From assembly GCA_963717505.1 (NCBI GenBank), contig OY970342.1:3840001-3904000 (forward strand): 64,000 nucleotides of DNA, in the 5' to 3' direction. Below the pieces are notes generated by a model. The model saw only the letters and a list, made by a program, of their open reading frames with translations. It was not told the DNA's origin and made no database searches. The translations under genes were made by a program, and so were the position numbers. Source of the stretch: Candidatus Eiseniibacteriota bacterium. GTDB lineage: Bacteria; Eisenbacteria; RBG-16-71-46. Shown in pieces: positions 22,264 to 32,736 of the stretch. The stretch's first letter is position 1. Each line of letters starts with the position of its first letter.

Positions 22264-22755
22264 ATGATCGCGGTCGATACCAGTGTGCTCGCGCCGGCGC
22301 TCAACCGCTGGTCGCCGGATCATGCCCGGGCCGCGGCACTGATCGAGGAGCTGGCCAACGGCGGCCACCCCTGGGCGCTGCCCTGGCCGGTGGCGCACGA
22401 CCTGCTGGCGCTGGTCACGCACCGGCACGGCGTGGCGCGTCCCCTGCCCGCGCCCGACGCCGTGGCCTTCCTCGAGCAGCTGCTGGCGAGTCCGTCGATC
22501 GAGGCGATCGGTCCGACCGCGCGCCACGCGGCCGTGCTCGGCGAGCTGCTCGCCGGCCGCGACGAGGGCGGCGCGGCCTCCGCCCGCCTGGAGCTCGCCG
22601 CCGTGCTCCACGAGCACGGCGTGCGCGAGTTGTTGTCCGCCGATTCCGGTATGCGACGGTTCGCGTTCCTGACGGTGGTCGACCCGTTGCGCAACACGGA
22701 GTGGTCGCCGCAGTCGCCCCCGTCCCGTCGCTATCGACGACTGCGCGGCGCCTAG
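22264..22755 (+). CDS. VapC-like PIN domain toxin (degenerate acidic residues)
   Basis: MIAVDTSVL, WALPWPV, EHGVRELLSAD..RRF...VVDPL. Confidence 0.85.
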   Translation: MIAVDTSVLAPALNRWSPDHARAAALIEELANGGHPWALPWPVAHDLLALVTHRHGVARPLPAPDAVAFLEQLLASPSIEAIGPTARHAAVLGELLAGRDEGGAASARLELAAVLHEHGVRELLSADSGMRRFAFLTVVDPLRNTEWSPQSPPSRRYRRLRGA

Positions 22756-22964
22756 CCGTCCGCGCTGGTGGGCGGACCTCGCCGCGCTCGTTTCCACTTC
22801 ACCGTTCCCTGTCGTCCGATCGTCACTTCGTCGTTGCGCACAGTAGCGGTTCCGTCGAAGACTGCTCGCAGGCAGAGGCCCGGGACCGGTTCCACACCGG
22901 GAGGACGTCCCAGCCTGGCAAGGTTCGGTGCGCAAACGCGCATCTCCAAAACGAGGAGGTTCTG

Positions 22965-23447
22965 ATGAAGAACAGGATTGCGGTCCTCATGATGGCAGCC
23001 CTCGTGCTCGCCCTTGCGGTTCCGGCGTGGGCCGGCAGCGGCGAGAAGTGCACTGCCAGCACGCAGGAGTGCCTCGATCATATGGCGGCCAAGAAGGACA
23101 AAGGCTGGGTCGGCTTCTCGATCGACAAGAACGAAGCCGGCACCATGGTCGTGAAGTCGGTGGTCAAGGGCAGCCCGGCCGAGAAGGCAGGCTTCAAGGT
23201 CGGCGACCAGCTGGTTGCGCTCAATGGCGCGAACTTCACGGACTATGAAGCGGTCAAGGCGGCCAAGGGAACCTGGATGCCGGGATCGAAGGTCACCTAC
23301 ACCGTGAAGCGCGCGAGCGCCGAGAAGTCGATGGCGGTAGTGCTCGCCCCTATGCCGGCCGACGTGTACGCGCAGATGGTTGGCGAGCATCTGATTGCCG
23401 ACCACCAGGTCGCGGCCAACGCGCCGACGGCAGACGCGAAGAACTGA
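22965..23447 (+). CDS. Secreted stand-alone PDZ domain protein
   Basis: SD GAGGAGG, signal peptide, GWVGF, VVKGSPAEKAGFKVGDQLVALNG. Confidence 0.88.
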   Translation: MKNRIAVLMMAALVLALAVPAWAGSGEKCTASTQECLDHMAAKKDKGWVGFSIDKNEAGTMVVKSVVKGSPAEKAGFKVGDQLVALNGANFTDYEAVKAAKGTWMPGSKVTYTVKRASAEKSMAVVLAPMPADVYAQMVGEHLIADHQVAANAPTADAKN

Positions 23448-23501
23448 GGTCCCAAGAACGCTGAGGCTCGAACCCAGGGCGCCTCGCGGCGCCCGCAACC
23501 G

Positions 23502-23530
23502 GGGCCGGCTCGAACGAGCCGGCCCTTTTT
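23502..23530 (+). terminator. Rho-independent terminator
   Basis: GGGCCGGCTCG-AA-CGAGCCGGCCC-TTTTT. Confidence 0.8.
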
Positions 23531-23608
23531 CTCAGGTGTCCGGTCCAGCTCGAGAACAGGTCGCCCTTCCAGGTGAACACCTGGCGTCGGGCAGGACCTG
23601 TCGTCCCG

Positions 23609-24758
23609 CTAGACCCCCCGCGCCAGCGCCCGCGCCCTGTCGGTGCGCTCCCAGGTGAATTCCTTCTCGTTCCGGCCGAAGTGCCCGTAGGCGGCGGTTT
23701 TCCGGAAGATCGGACGGCGGAGCTTCAGGTCCTTGATCAGCGCCAGCGGCGTGAGATCGAAATGCTTGCGCACCAGTTGCGTCAGCTTGCGCGTCGCTCA
23801 CCTTTCCGGTGCGCTTGCTGTCGACCATGATGCTGACCGGCTCCGGCACGCCGATCGCGTACGCGATCTGCACCTCGCAGCGGTCGCACAGGCCGCTCGC
23901 CACCAGGTTCTTGGCCACGTAGCGGGCGCCGTAGCTGGCCGAGCGATCCACCTTGCTCGGGTCCTTGCCCGAGAAGGCGCCACCGCCGTGGCTGCCGACG
24001 CCGCCGTAGGTGTCGACGATGATCTTGCGTCCGGTGAGCCCGGTGTCGGCCATCGGCCCGCCCTTGACGAAGCTAGCCGGTGGGATTGATGTGGAAGGTC
24101 ACTCGCCGGCCTTTCGGCACCAATCGCTTGGGCAGGATCGGCATCACGACTTTCTCGATGATGTCGCTTGCGGATCCGCTTGGGCGAAATGCCTTCGGCG
24201 TGCTGGCTCGAAACCACGACCGTGTCCACTCGCAGCGGACGGCCATCCTCGTACTCGATCGTGACCTGCGACTTGCCGTCCGGTCGCAGGTAGGGAATCG
24301 CGCCCGTGCGGCGGACGCGGGCCAGGCGCCGGGTGATCGCGTGCGCCAGCATGATCGGCATCGGCATCAGCTCCGGCGTTTCGCGGCAGGCGAAGCCGAA
24401 CATCAGGCCCTGGTCGCCGGCGCCACCCCGATCGACACCCATCGAGATGTCGGGCGACTGGTCGTCGATCGTGGTCACCACCGCGCAGGTGTGGCTGTCG
24501 AATCCGTACTCGGCGCTGTCGTAGCCGATCTCGCCGATCACCTGGCGCACGAGCTCGGGGATCTCGACATAGCCGTTGCTCGAGATCTCGCCCGCGACGA
24601 TCGCGAGCCCGGTGGTCACCAGCGTCTCGCACGCGACCCGGCTGCTGCGGGTCCTGAGCGATCAGCGCGTCGAGCACCGCGTCCGAGATCTGGTCGGCGA
24701 TCTTGTCGGGGTGGCCTTCGGTGACGGATTCGGAAGTGAACAGATGACGGGCGCCCAT
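23609..24758 (-). CDS. metK: S-adenosylmethionine synthetase (frameshifted)
   Basis: [57 protein letters not shown]. Confidence 0.95.
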
Positions 24759-24820
24759 CGTGCTCCTCTTAGGGGTGAGTCGCGGCCCTCGGGCCGGGAC
24801 GAATGGTTTCGGGTGACCGA

Positions 24821-25821
24821 CTAGGCGGATTCCACGATGCTGGAATCGCCGAGGCTCATGCGTTGAAAGCGGCCTTTGACCACGGTGTTCTCGCCGACCA
24901 CCGAGTGCTCGAGCAGCGAGTCCTCGACGGTGGCGTGTTCGTTCAGGATCGCGTCGCGCAGGATGGCGTTGCGCAGCGCGGGCGCTGCCGGCGATCGAGA
25001 CGTGCGGCCCGATGACGCTGCGCTCGACCACCGCGCCCGGCGCAATCGCCACCGGCGGCACGATCACCGATCCGGGCAGGACCGGCCGCCCCCGGCCTTC
25101 GATCGAGCAGGATCCGGTTGGTTTCGAGCAGGGTTTCGATCTTGCCGCAGTCGTACCAGCCTTCGACCGGGAATGTCCTCATGACCTCGCCGCGGTCGAC
25201 CATGAGCTGCATGCCGTCGGTGAGCTGGAATTCGCCACGGGTGCGCATGTTCCGCGCGACTGCAGCTCGCGCAGCGCCGCGAACAGCGGTTGCGGCCGGA
25301 GGAAGTAGTAGAGCCCGGTGATCGCCAGATTCGAGGTCGGATGCTCGGGCTTCTCGATCATGCGCGAGACGCGACCGGCGCCGTTGGTCTCGACGATGCC
25401 GAAACGCCGCGGGTCCGTCGACCTCCTTGACCCCGATCGCGCTGGTTTCGCCGCGCCAGCACGCGATCCGAGATCGACGTCGAAGATGGTGTCGCCCAGG
25501 ATCACCAGCACCGGCTCGTCGCCGATGTGCGGTTCGGCGAGCCCGACCGCGTGCCCGAGGCCGAGGCGCTTCCGGCTGATCGACGTAGCGAACGTCGAGA
25601 TTCGGGTAGGCGTTCGCGACGAACTCGCGCACGCGGTCGCCCAGGTAGCCGACGATCAGCACCGCGCGCGTGATGCCGAGCCCCGGCAGCTGGTCGAGGA
25701 TGTGGGCCAGGATCGGCTTGCCGGCGACGTGGAGCAGCACCTTGGGCTGCGTGTGCGTGTGCGGGCGCAGGCGCGTGCCGACTCCCGCCACTGGAATGAT
25801 CGCCGTGGCGGCCGCGGTCAT
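24821..25821 (-). CDS. Sugar-phosphate nucleotidyltransferase (frameshifted)
   Basis: [39 protein letters not shown], left-handed beta-helix C-terminus. Confidence 0.9.
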
Positions 25822-25846
25822 CGTCGAGCCTGTTTCAACTCGGTCA

Positions 25847-26923
25847 TCAGGACTTTCTGGATTGTGCGAGCCGCGACTTGAACCAGTCGATCGAGGCGAT
25901 CGGGGTCGGGTCCGCGCCCCCGAGCAGCGCCAGGTACAGGCTGAGATAGTCGCCGAACTGGGCCAGAGCGGCCGTGCGGGTGATGCGGGTTCCCTTCCGT
26001 TCCTCGAGTTCGAACACTAGGGCCCCCCGGCCGCGAACGTATTCGGCGGTCAGGGCGAGACGCGTCCGCACCTCGGCGGGATCTTCCGGATCGTGAAGCA
26101 TCAGCACTGCCGCGTTGCGATTCCACGCGGCCGGGCGCTTCCCAGCCGACGATTTCGTTGTGATTCAGCTCAGGCACGAGCGCCGAATGGGCGAGCAGTT
26201 TAGCATTTTCGTTGATCTGGTTTCGAATCCGGGTCGCCAAGCCGGCGAGCCTTGCCGAGCCGGCATACAGGAAGACGCGGCCGGCCGTTGAGGGCGCGCG
26301 CCATCTGCTTGGCCGGATTGCCGGACTCCGGCGCGCGTGCGCCCAGACGTCTCGCGCCGCTCGGCCAGCCGCGCGCGCGCCTCCCGCCACGCCGGATCGG
26401 GATCGGCGACCCACTCGAGCGCGTGCACCAGCTGCGTCAGCCGGACCCACGAGGCGTACATCGCCGCGCGCGGCGGCGAGCCGGCCGGGAGTTTCACCCA
26501 CGGCACGCCATCGCGATCGCATGCTTCGACAATTCACCGCCGGTGGTGAGCGCCAGGCGCGGGATCGCGCGCCGGCCCGCCTCGGCGTAGAGCGCGAGCG
26601 TCTCCTCGGTGTTGCCCGAGTACGAGGCGAGCAGCGCCAGCGACCGCGGGCCAACGCAGGCCGGCCAGTGGTACTCCCGCACCGCGATCAGCGGCCGCGG
26701 CAGGCGATCGACGAACAATTCCGCGGTCAGATCGGCGGTGATCGCCGAGCCGCCGAGTGCCCCGACCGCGAGCAGGTCCGGGCTGGTGACCGGAGGCCGC
26801 CACGGATCGGCGACGCCCGCCTCGAGTGCGGCGCTCGATCTGCTCCGGGATCGCATCGATCCGCGCGGCCATGCCGCCGGCATCCCGTTCCCCGTAGGGA
26901 GGTTCCAATCCGACGGTCTTCAT
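25847..26923 (-). CDS. Bifunctional phosphoglucose/phosphomannose isomerase (SIS), frameshifted
   Basis: GALGGSAI, SYSGNTEETL, QINENAK, PELNHNEIVGW, GDYLSLYLA..DPTPIASID. Confidence 0.88.
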
Positions 26924-26925
26924 TC

Positions 26926-28680
26926 TCAACGGTCTCCGAGCAGGAAGTCGGGCAGCAGCCCGTCGACGCGCGAGCACAGCAGATCGCGCACACCGGCCGC
27001 CGAAGACATGCCGAGGGCGGCACCCGCGATCGCCCGCGCGTCGTCATAGCGCACGCTGCGGATCGCAGCCTTGACCCGCGGCAGGTCGAAGCAGGCCATG
27101 CTCAGCTCGTCGACGCCGAGCCCGACCAGCAGCACCGCGGTCCGCGGATCGCCGGCCATCTCGCCGCACACGCCGACCCAGCGGCCCGCCGCGTGCCCGG
27201 CCACGACCGTGTGGTGGATGCTGCGCAGGATCGCCGGCGATCAAGCGGCTCGTAGAGGTGCGCCAGTCGCTCGTTGTCGCGGTCCATCGCCAGCGTGTAC
27301 TGGGTGAGGTCGTTGGTGCCGATCGACAGGAACTTGGCATGGCGCGCGAGCACGTCGGCCATCCACACCGCACTCGGCGTCTCGACCATGACACCGATTT
27401 CGAGATCGGGATCGTGGCGCAGTCCATCGCGCGTAAGCCCGGCGACGGCTTCGGCGCAGATCGCCAGGGCGCGGGTCAGCTCCTCTTCGCTCGAGACCAT
27501 CGGGAACATCAGGCGGACGCGTCCGTGCGCGCTCGGCCCGGTAGATGGCGCGGAGCTGCGTGCGGAACAGCTCGGGATGGTGGAGCGCGAAGCGGATGCC
27601 GCGCCAGCCGAGGAAGGGATTGGTCTCGTGCGTCATGCCCAGGTACGAGGCCACCTTGTCGCCGCCCAGATCCATGGTGCGGAAGATCACCGGCCGCGGC
27701 GCCACCGCTCGGCCACCGCGCGGTAGGCGACGTATTGCTCTTCCTCGTCGGGCAGCTCGAGCCGGTTCAGGTAGAAGAACTCGGTGCGGAACAGGCCGAT
27801 GCTGTCGGCGCCCGAGCGCCGAACACCCTCGGCGTCTTCCGGCAGCTCGATGTTGGCGCCCAGATCGATCCGGCGACCGTCGGCGGTCACCGCTGGCTCA
27901 CTCTCGATCGCCGCAAGGGCCGCGCGTTCCTGATTCAACTTCTCGCCGCGGGCGCGGAAGTAGGCGGCGGTCTCGGCGTCGGGATTGATCTCGACCGCGC
28001 CCGAGTAACCGTCCACCGCGCCGATGTCCCCGGTCTTCACCTGCTGCAGGATGCCGCGCACGCTCACGACCGCAGGGATGCCGCGACCGCGCGCGACGAT
28101 CGCGCTGTGCGACGTGCGGCCGCCGACTTCGGTGACGAAGCCGAGCACGTGCTCGCGGTCGAGCAGTCGCCACTTCGCTCGGCACCGAGGTCGTGCGCGA
28201 CGATGATCGAGGGCTCGCTCCAGGCGCAGGCGGCGCCCCTGTCCGTCGCCGGCCAGGTGACGCAGCACGCGTCGCTCCACGTCGAGGACGTCGGTGCGAC
28301 GCTCGCGCAGGTACTCGTCCTCGAGGCCGCTTCGAGTCGGGCCGCGACTCCGCCCATGTGCGCGCGGAACACCGCCGCCGGCGAGCGCCGGTCGCGACGA
28401 ACGCCCTGCTCGACCGCCTCGGCCAGCTCGGGGTCGTCGAGAATCATCAGGTGGGCGTCGTAGATCCGGGCTTCGTCCTCGCCGAGTTCGGCGGCGATGC
28501 CGTCGCGGATCTGTTGCAGGTCGCGGCGCGACGCCTCGAGCGCCGACTGGAAGCGGCCGATCTCCTCCTCGACCCGTTCGGCGGCACCGCGGTGTCCCGG
28601 ACCTGCAGCTCCTCGCGCTCGAGGCGAACGATCCGACCGAGCCCGATCCCCGGCGCGGCGGCAATCCCCTGGAACTTCAC
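26926..28680 (-). CDS. ptsI: PEP-protein phosphotransferase (PTS enzyme I), frameshifted
   Basis: [61 protein letters not shown]. Confidence 0.93.
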
Positions 28681-28946
28681 GGCTCCCCCCCGAACTTGCC
28701 GTTGACCAGCTCGGCGAGCGCGGCGATCGCCTGCTCTTCGTCGGGGCCCTCGGCGCGCACCAGGATGGTGCTGCCCTCCTCGGCCGCGAGCATCATCACG
28801 CCCATGATGCTCTTGCCGTTGACCTCGAGATCGTCGCGGCTGACGATGATGTGCGACTGGAAGCGAGCCGCGGCCTTGACGAACAGCGCGCAGGCGCGAG
28901 CGTGGAGGCCGAGCTGGTTGCGGATCATGAGTTCGGCCTGCTTCAT
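28677..28946 (-). CDS. ptsH: Phosphocarrier protein HPr
   Basis: NQLGLHARAC (His15), NGKSIMGVMML (Ser46). Confidence 0.93.
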   Translation of the reverse strand: MKQAELMIRNQLGLHARACALFVKAAARFQSHIIVSRDDLEVNGKSIMGVMMLAAEEGSTILVRAEGPDEEQAIAALAELVNGKFGGEP

Positions 28947-29690
28947 GGCCGCCAGGCCGCGACCAGCGCCAGCCCGCCGACCGCCAGCGCCCAGTGGGTC
29001 GGCGAGGGCCGGTCGCGCAGGGCGACGACCAGCCCGGCAGCGAGTCCGGCGGCGAACAGGAGCGGCGAGCGCACGCTGCCGCTGACCGCGGGCTCGAGCT
29101 GGATCGCTGCCAGGAGTCCGATGACCGCGGCCCCGAGCACGCTCCACCAGGCCACGAGCCGTTCGAAATAGGCCCGGCGCTCCGCGTCGAGCACCGCCGG
29201 CCCTTGATTCCAGCCCCAACCGACGCCGAGCCCGCGCACGCCGAGGTGGACGACGTTGTAGGTCACGAGCAGGACCGCGGCCCCGAGCGCCGTCGGGCGC
29301 ACCGCGAACAGGACGCCGAGACAGGCCGCGAGCGGGCGCAGCGTGAACCAGAACGGCGGTCGCCGAGTGCGGCCAGCGACGCAGCCGAGCACGCTCTTGA
29401 TCCGCTCGATCGCAGCGGCATCCGGCGCACCGTTCTGCGCGCGCTCGCTCTTCGAGTCGGGCCACGGCGCCCAGCGCCAACGAGGCCATCGTCGGCTGCG
29501 TGTTGAAGTAGGCGGTGTGCTCGGCCAGCCGCTGGCAGCGTTCGCGCGAGTCCGGAAGGAGACGTTCGAGCACCGGCTCCAGCGACCAGGCCCAGCCGAG
29601 CCCCTGCTGGCGCTCGTAGTTCCAGGTGGCCTGGAGCACGCAGACCCGCAGGGCCATGCGAATCTGGTCGAGAATCCCCAGCCGGTTCAT
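28943..29690 (-). CDS. PTS mannose-family EIID (frameshifted)
   Basis: LQATWNYERQQGLG, HTAYFNTQP, FWFTLRP. Confidence 0.88.
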
Positions 29691-29691
29691 G

Positions 29692-30399
29692 TCAGGAACT
29701 CTCGATGACGAGCGCGAACCATCCCGCGAGCAGCGCGGCGCCGAACACCAGCACCCGCAGCAGGCGGCGTTGAATGAAGGCGTGCAGGAGCTGGGCGAGC
29801 CCGAGCCCGAACCACAGCGGCCGGGCGACGGCCCAGGCGCGAGTCAGCCAGAGCGACTCGTCGCGTGCGACCGACGAGAGGCCGAGAACGCCCACCCCCA
29901 GACAGGCAGCGCAGAACCCTACACCGATCGCGAACGCCAGGAAAACCGCGGCGCCGTTCGCCTGGCCGAGGGCGCGTTCGTGACCGGCGCGCAGTTCGGC
30001 CTCGCACCACCGCGCCAGCCCCTCGTGCCGCCGCCGCTGCCATTTGAGGAGCGGGACGCCCGCCTGAGCCGCGAGCAGGCCACCGAACACACCCAGCACC
30101 GCGCACCCGTCGCGCGCGAGCGCGAACGACTGGGCGTTCGCCAGCATCAGCGCCAGTCCCGCGCCGACCACGCCGCCGGTGGCGTAGTCCTCGGGCGTGC
30201 GCGCGCCGACCGGCATGGTGCTCGCCGCCAGGATCTGCAGCACCACCCCGACCGAGAGCGCCAGTTCGAGGTCGTCCCACAGGAATCCGAGGATCGTGGC
30301 GGTCACCAGCGGCGGCGAGAGCATGATCTGAGCGACCGGGACGGCGTCGAGGGCGGCGATGCCGCCGAGCAGGAGCGTCCCGAAGATGGGTCCGATCAC
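29692..30399 (-). CDS. PTS mannose-family EIIC
   Basis: QIMLSPPLV, PVGARTPED, hydrophobic helices; position between EIIB and EIID. Confidence 0.85.
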   Translation of the reverse strand: MIGPIFGTLLLGGIAALDAVPVAQIMLSPPLVTATILGFLWDDLELALSVGVVLQILAASTMPVGARTPEDYATGGVVGAGLALMLANAQSFALARDGCAVLGVFGGLLAAQAGVPLLKWQRRRHEGLARWCEAELRAGHERALGQANGAAVFLAFAIGVGFCAACLGVGVLGLSSVARDESLWLTRAWAVARPLWFGLGLAQLLHAFIQRRLLRVLVFGAALLAGWFALVIESS

Positions 30400-30888
30400 G
30401 AAACCGGAACCAGGGTCGGGTCGAGAGACGCCAGGGGACGCGGCGGTGCCGCGGGAACGTCCTGCACGTCGAGCTCGACACCCGCCCGGAGCAGGGCGCG
30501 CGCGGCCTCGCGGTCACGCTCGTCGAGATAGACGTACTCGTTCAGCTCGATCCTTGCCGGGCGCGTAGTGGAGCCCGCCGACGTTGAACGTGGCCACCCG
30601 GGCCCCCGCCTCGACCAGCGCCTGCGCGACCGGCAGCGAGCGCACCAGCAGGAACGCACCGCCCTCGGCGGCGGCTTCTTCGGCGTGGGCGGCCGCGGCC
30701 TCGGCGAGCGTGATCACGCGCACCTCGACGCCGGGGGCGGCGCTCGCCAGCAGGTCACGCTCCCAGTCGTTCGCCGCGGACGCGTCGTCGACCACCCAGA
30801 TGCGCTTGGGGTTCAATCGCTGGCCCCAGGCCACCACCACCTGGCCGTGGATCAGCCGATCGTCGATGCGGTGGAGCGCCCAGCTCAT
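30396..30888 (-). CDS. PTS mannose-family EIIB (frameshifted)
   Basis: RIDDRLIHGQV, NVGGLH, VQDVP. Confidence 0.9.
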
Positions 30889-31279
30889 GCGGCCGGGCCG
30901 CGCTGCAGGCGGACGCTCTCCTGCCCCTTCATGCGCAGGCGCTCGGCCAGCTCGTGCACCGAGTACTGGTCGCGGTTGTGGAGGTAGTCGAGCAGCATCG
31001 GCAGGTTGACGCCCGGTGAGAACCACGACCTCGCGGCCGCGCGCGGCACGACATGCCGCAGGTGAAGCAGGAGCCGCCCCAGAAGTCGATGAGCACGAGC
31101 CCGCCGGCGGGCCAGCGCTCGACCCGCGCCGCGATCTCGCGCTCGAGATTCTCCCGCGAGTAGCCGTCGTTCGACAGCCGGTCGACGTCCTCGACCGGCC
31201 CGTAGACCCGCTCGGCGGCGCGCAGCAGCGCCTCGGCGAGATCGGCGTGCGTGACCAGCAACGCGGGGACTCGGCTCAT
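30885..31279 (-). CDS. PTS mannose-family EIIA (frameshifted)
   Basis: LLVTHADLA, IDFWGGSC, GVNLPMLL. Confidence 0.88.
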
Positions 31280-32260
31280 CACTCGGTGTCCTCGCGCACC
31301 CAGACGCGCGCGGCGCTCTTGCGCTTCATCAGCTCGATCAGGTGCTGGTTCAGGCGCTCGGCCGGCGAATAGCCGCCGGTGACCTTGACCAGGTAGTTGA
31401 GCGCGATGACCTCGGCGATCACGGTGATGTTCTTGCCGGGCGTGATCGGGACCTGCGACCAGCGGGATCTCGACCCCGAGGATGTCGACCGTCTTGCTCG
31501 TCGAGCCCGACGCGCTCGTAGTCGTCGGTCGCTCGGACCACTCGTGCAGGTTGACCTGGACCTCGACCCGCTTCTGCAGGCGGATCGAGCGGATCCCGAA
31601 GATCGACTGGACGTCGATGATGCCGAGGCCGCGGATCTCCATGTGGTGGCGCAGGAGCTGGTTGCCGGTGCCGATCAGCACGTCGCCGTGGCGCCGCGTG
31701 ATGGTCACGACGTCGTCGGCCACCAGCCGATGTCCGCGCTCGACCAGATCGAGCGCGCATCTCCGACTTGCCGATCGCCGCTGCGCCCGGTGAACAGCAG
31801 CCCGCACGCCGTAGACGTCGACCAGCGAGCCGTGCACCGTGGTCTGCGGCGCGAACATGTGGTCGAGGTAGAGCGTCAGCGAGTGGATGAACGGCGTCGT
31901 GCTCTGGGTGGTGCGCAGCACCGGCACCTGGCACTCGTTGGCGCGCTGGATCAGGTAGGGCGGCACCTCGAGACCCTTGCACACGACGATCAGCGGCATC
32001 GTCGAACTGGAACAGCCGGTCGATCGCGGCGCGCACCTCGGCCTCGCTTGAGCGTGGCCAGGTAGGTCAGCTCGGTCTGGGCCAGGATCTGGATGCGCTC
32101 GGGCAGGAAGTTCTCGACGAAGCCCATCAGCGCCATGCCCGGGCCGATGGATGTCGCTGACGGTGATCTCGCGGCGAGATGCGAGCGACTCGGTGAGCGG
32201 CTCGAGCTGGAGTTCCTGCTGCTGGTCTTCGAACAGCCGCGCGACGCTGAGGGTCTGCAC
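31279..32260 (-). CDS. hprK: HPr kinase/phosphorylase (frameshifted)
   Basis: IHRPG, HGSLVDVYG, GKSE, RGHRLVADD, HMEIRGLGII. Confidence 0.92.
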
Positions 32261-32267
32261 GCCGGGC

Positions 32268-32679
32268 TCAGTCCTCCTCGCCTTCCAGGAACTCCAGATC
32301 GCCCTCGGCGGAACCCGTCGGCTCCGCGCTCCGCTCGGAAGCGGTCGTCACGGAATCCTCGGGGGCTCGACCATTGACGATGCGTCCACGCTTGCGATCG
32401 ACCCGCTACTCCTTGAGCCGCCGCAGCTGTCGCTCCAGCCGGTCCGGCCGCCAGGTCGATCGCGAGCGCGGCCTCGTCGGCCTCCTCGCGACTGACCAGC
32501 TCCCGGCCCTTCAGCCGCAGCGTGATTTCGGCAGTGTAGCGATATCCCTCGCCGGTGACGATCAGGTGGGCTTCCTGGAGGTCCCGGGCGTAGCGGCCGA
32601 GCTTCTCGATTCGGGTTTGCGCGATCAGGCGCACTTCAGGGTCCAGCTCGCAGTGGCGGGCGGTGGTGTGGATCTGCAT
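32268..32679 (-). CDS. hpf: Ribosome hibernation promoting factor / RaiA (frameshifted)
   Basis: MQIHTTARHCELDPEVR...AIDLA..LERQLRRLKE; immediately downstream of rpoN. Confidence 0.85.
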
Positions 32680-32736
32680 GGACACCTCGGCGACCGGCGC
32701 CCGGCGGGCTCGGGGCCGGCGGTTGGAGCGGGCGAC

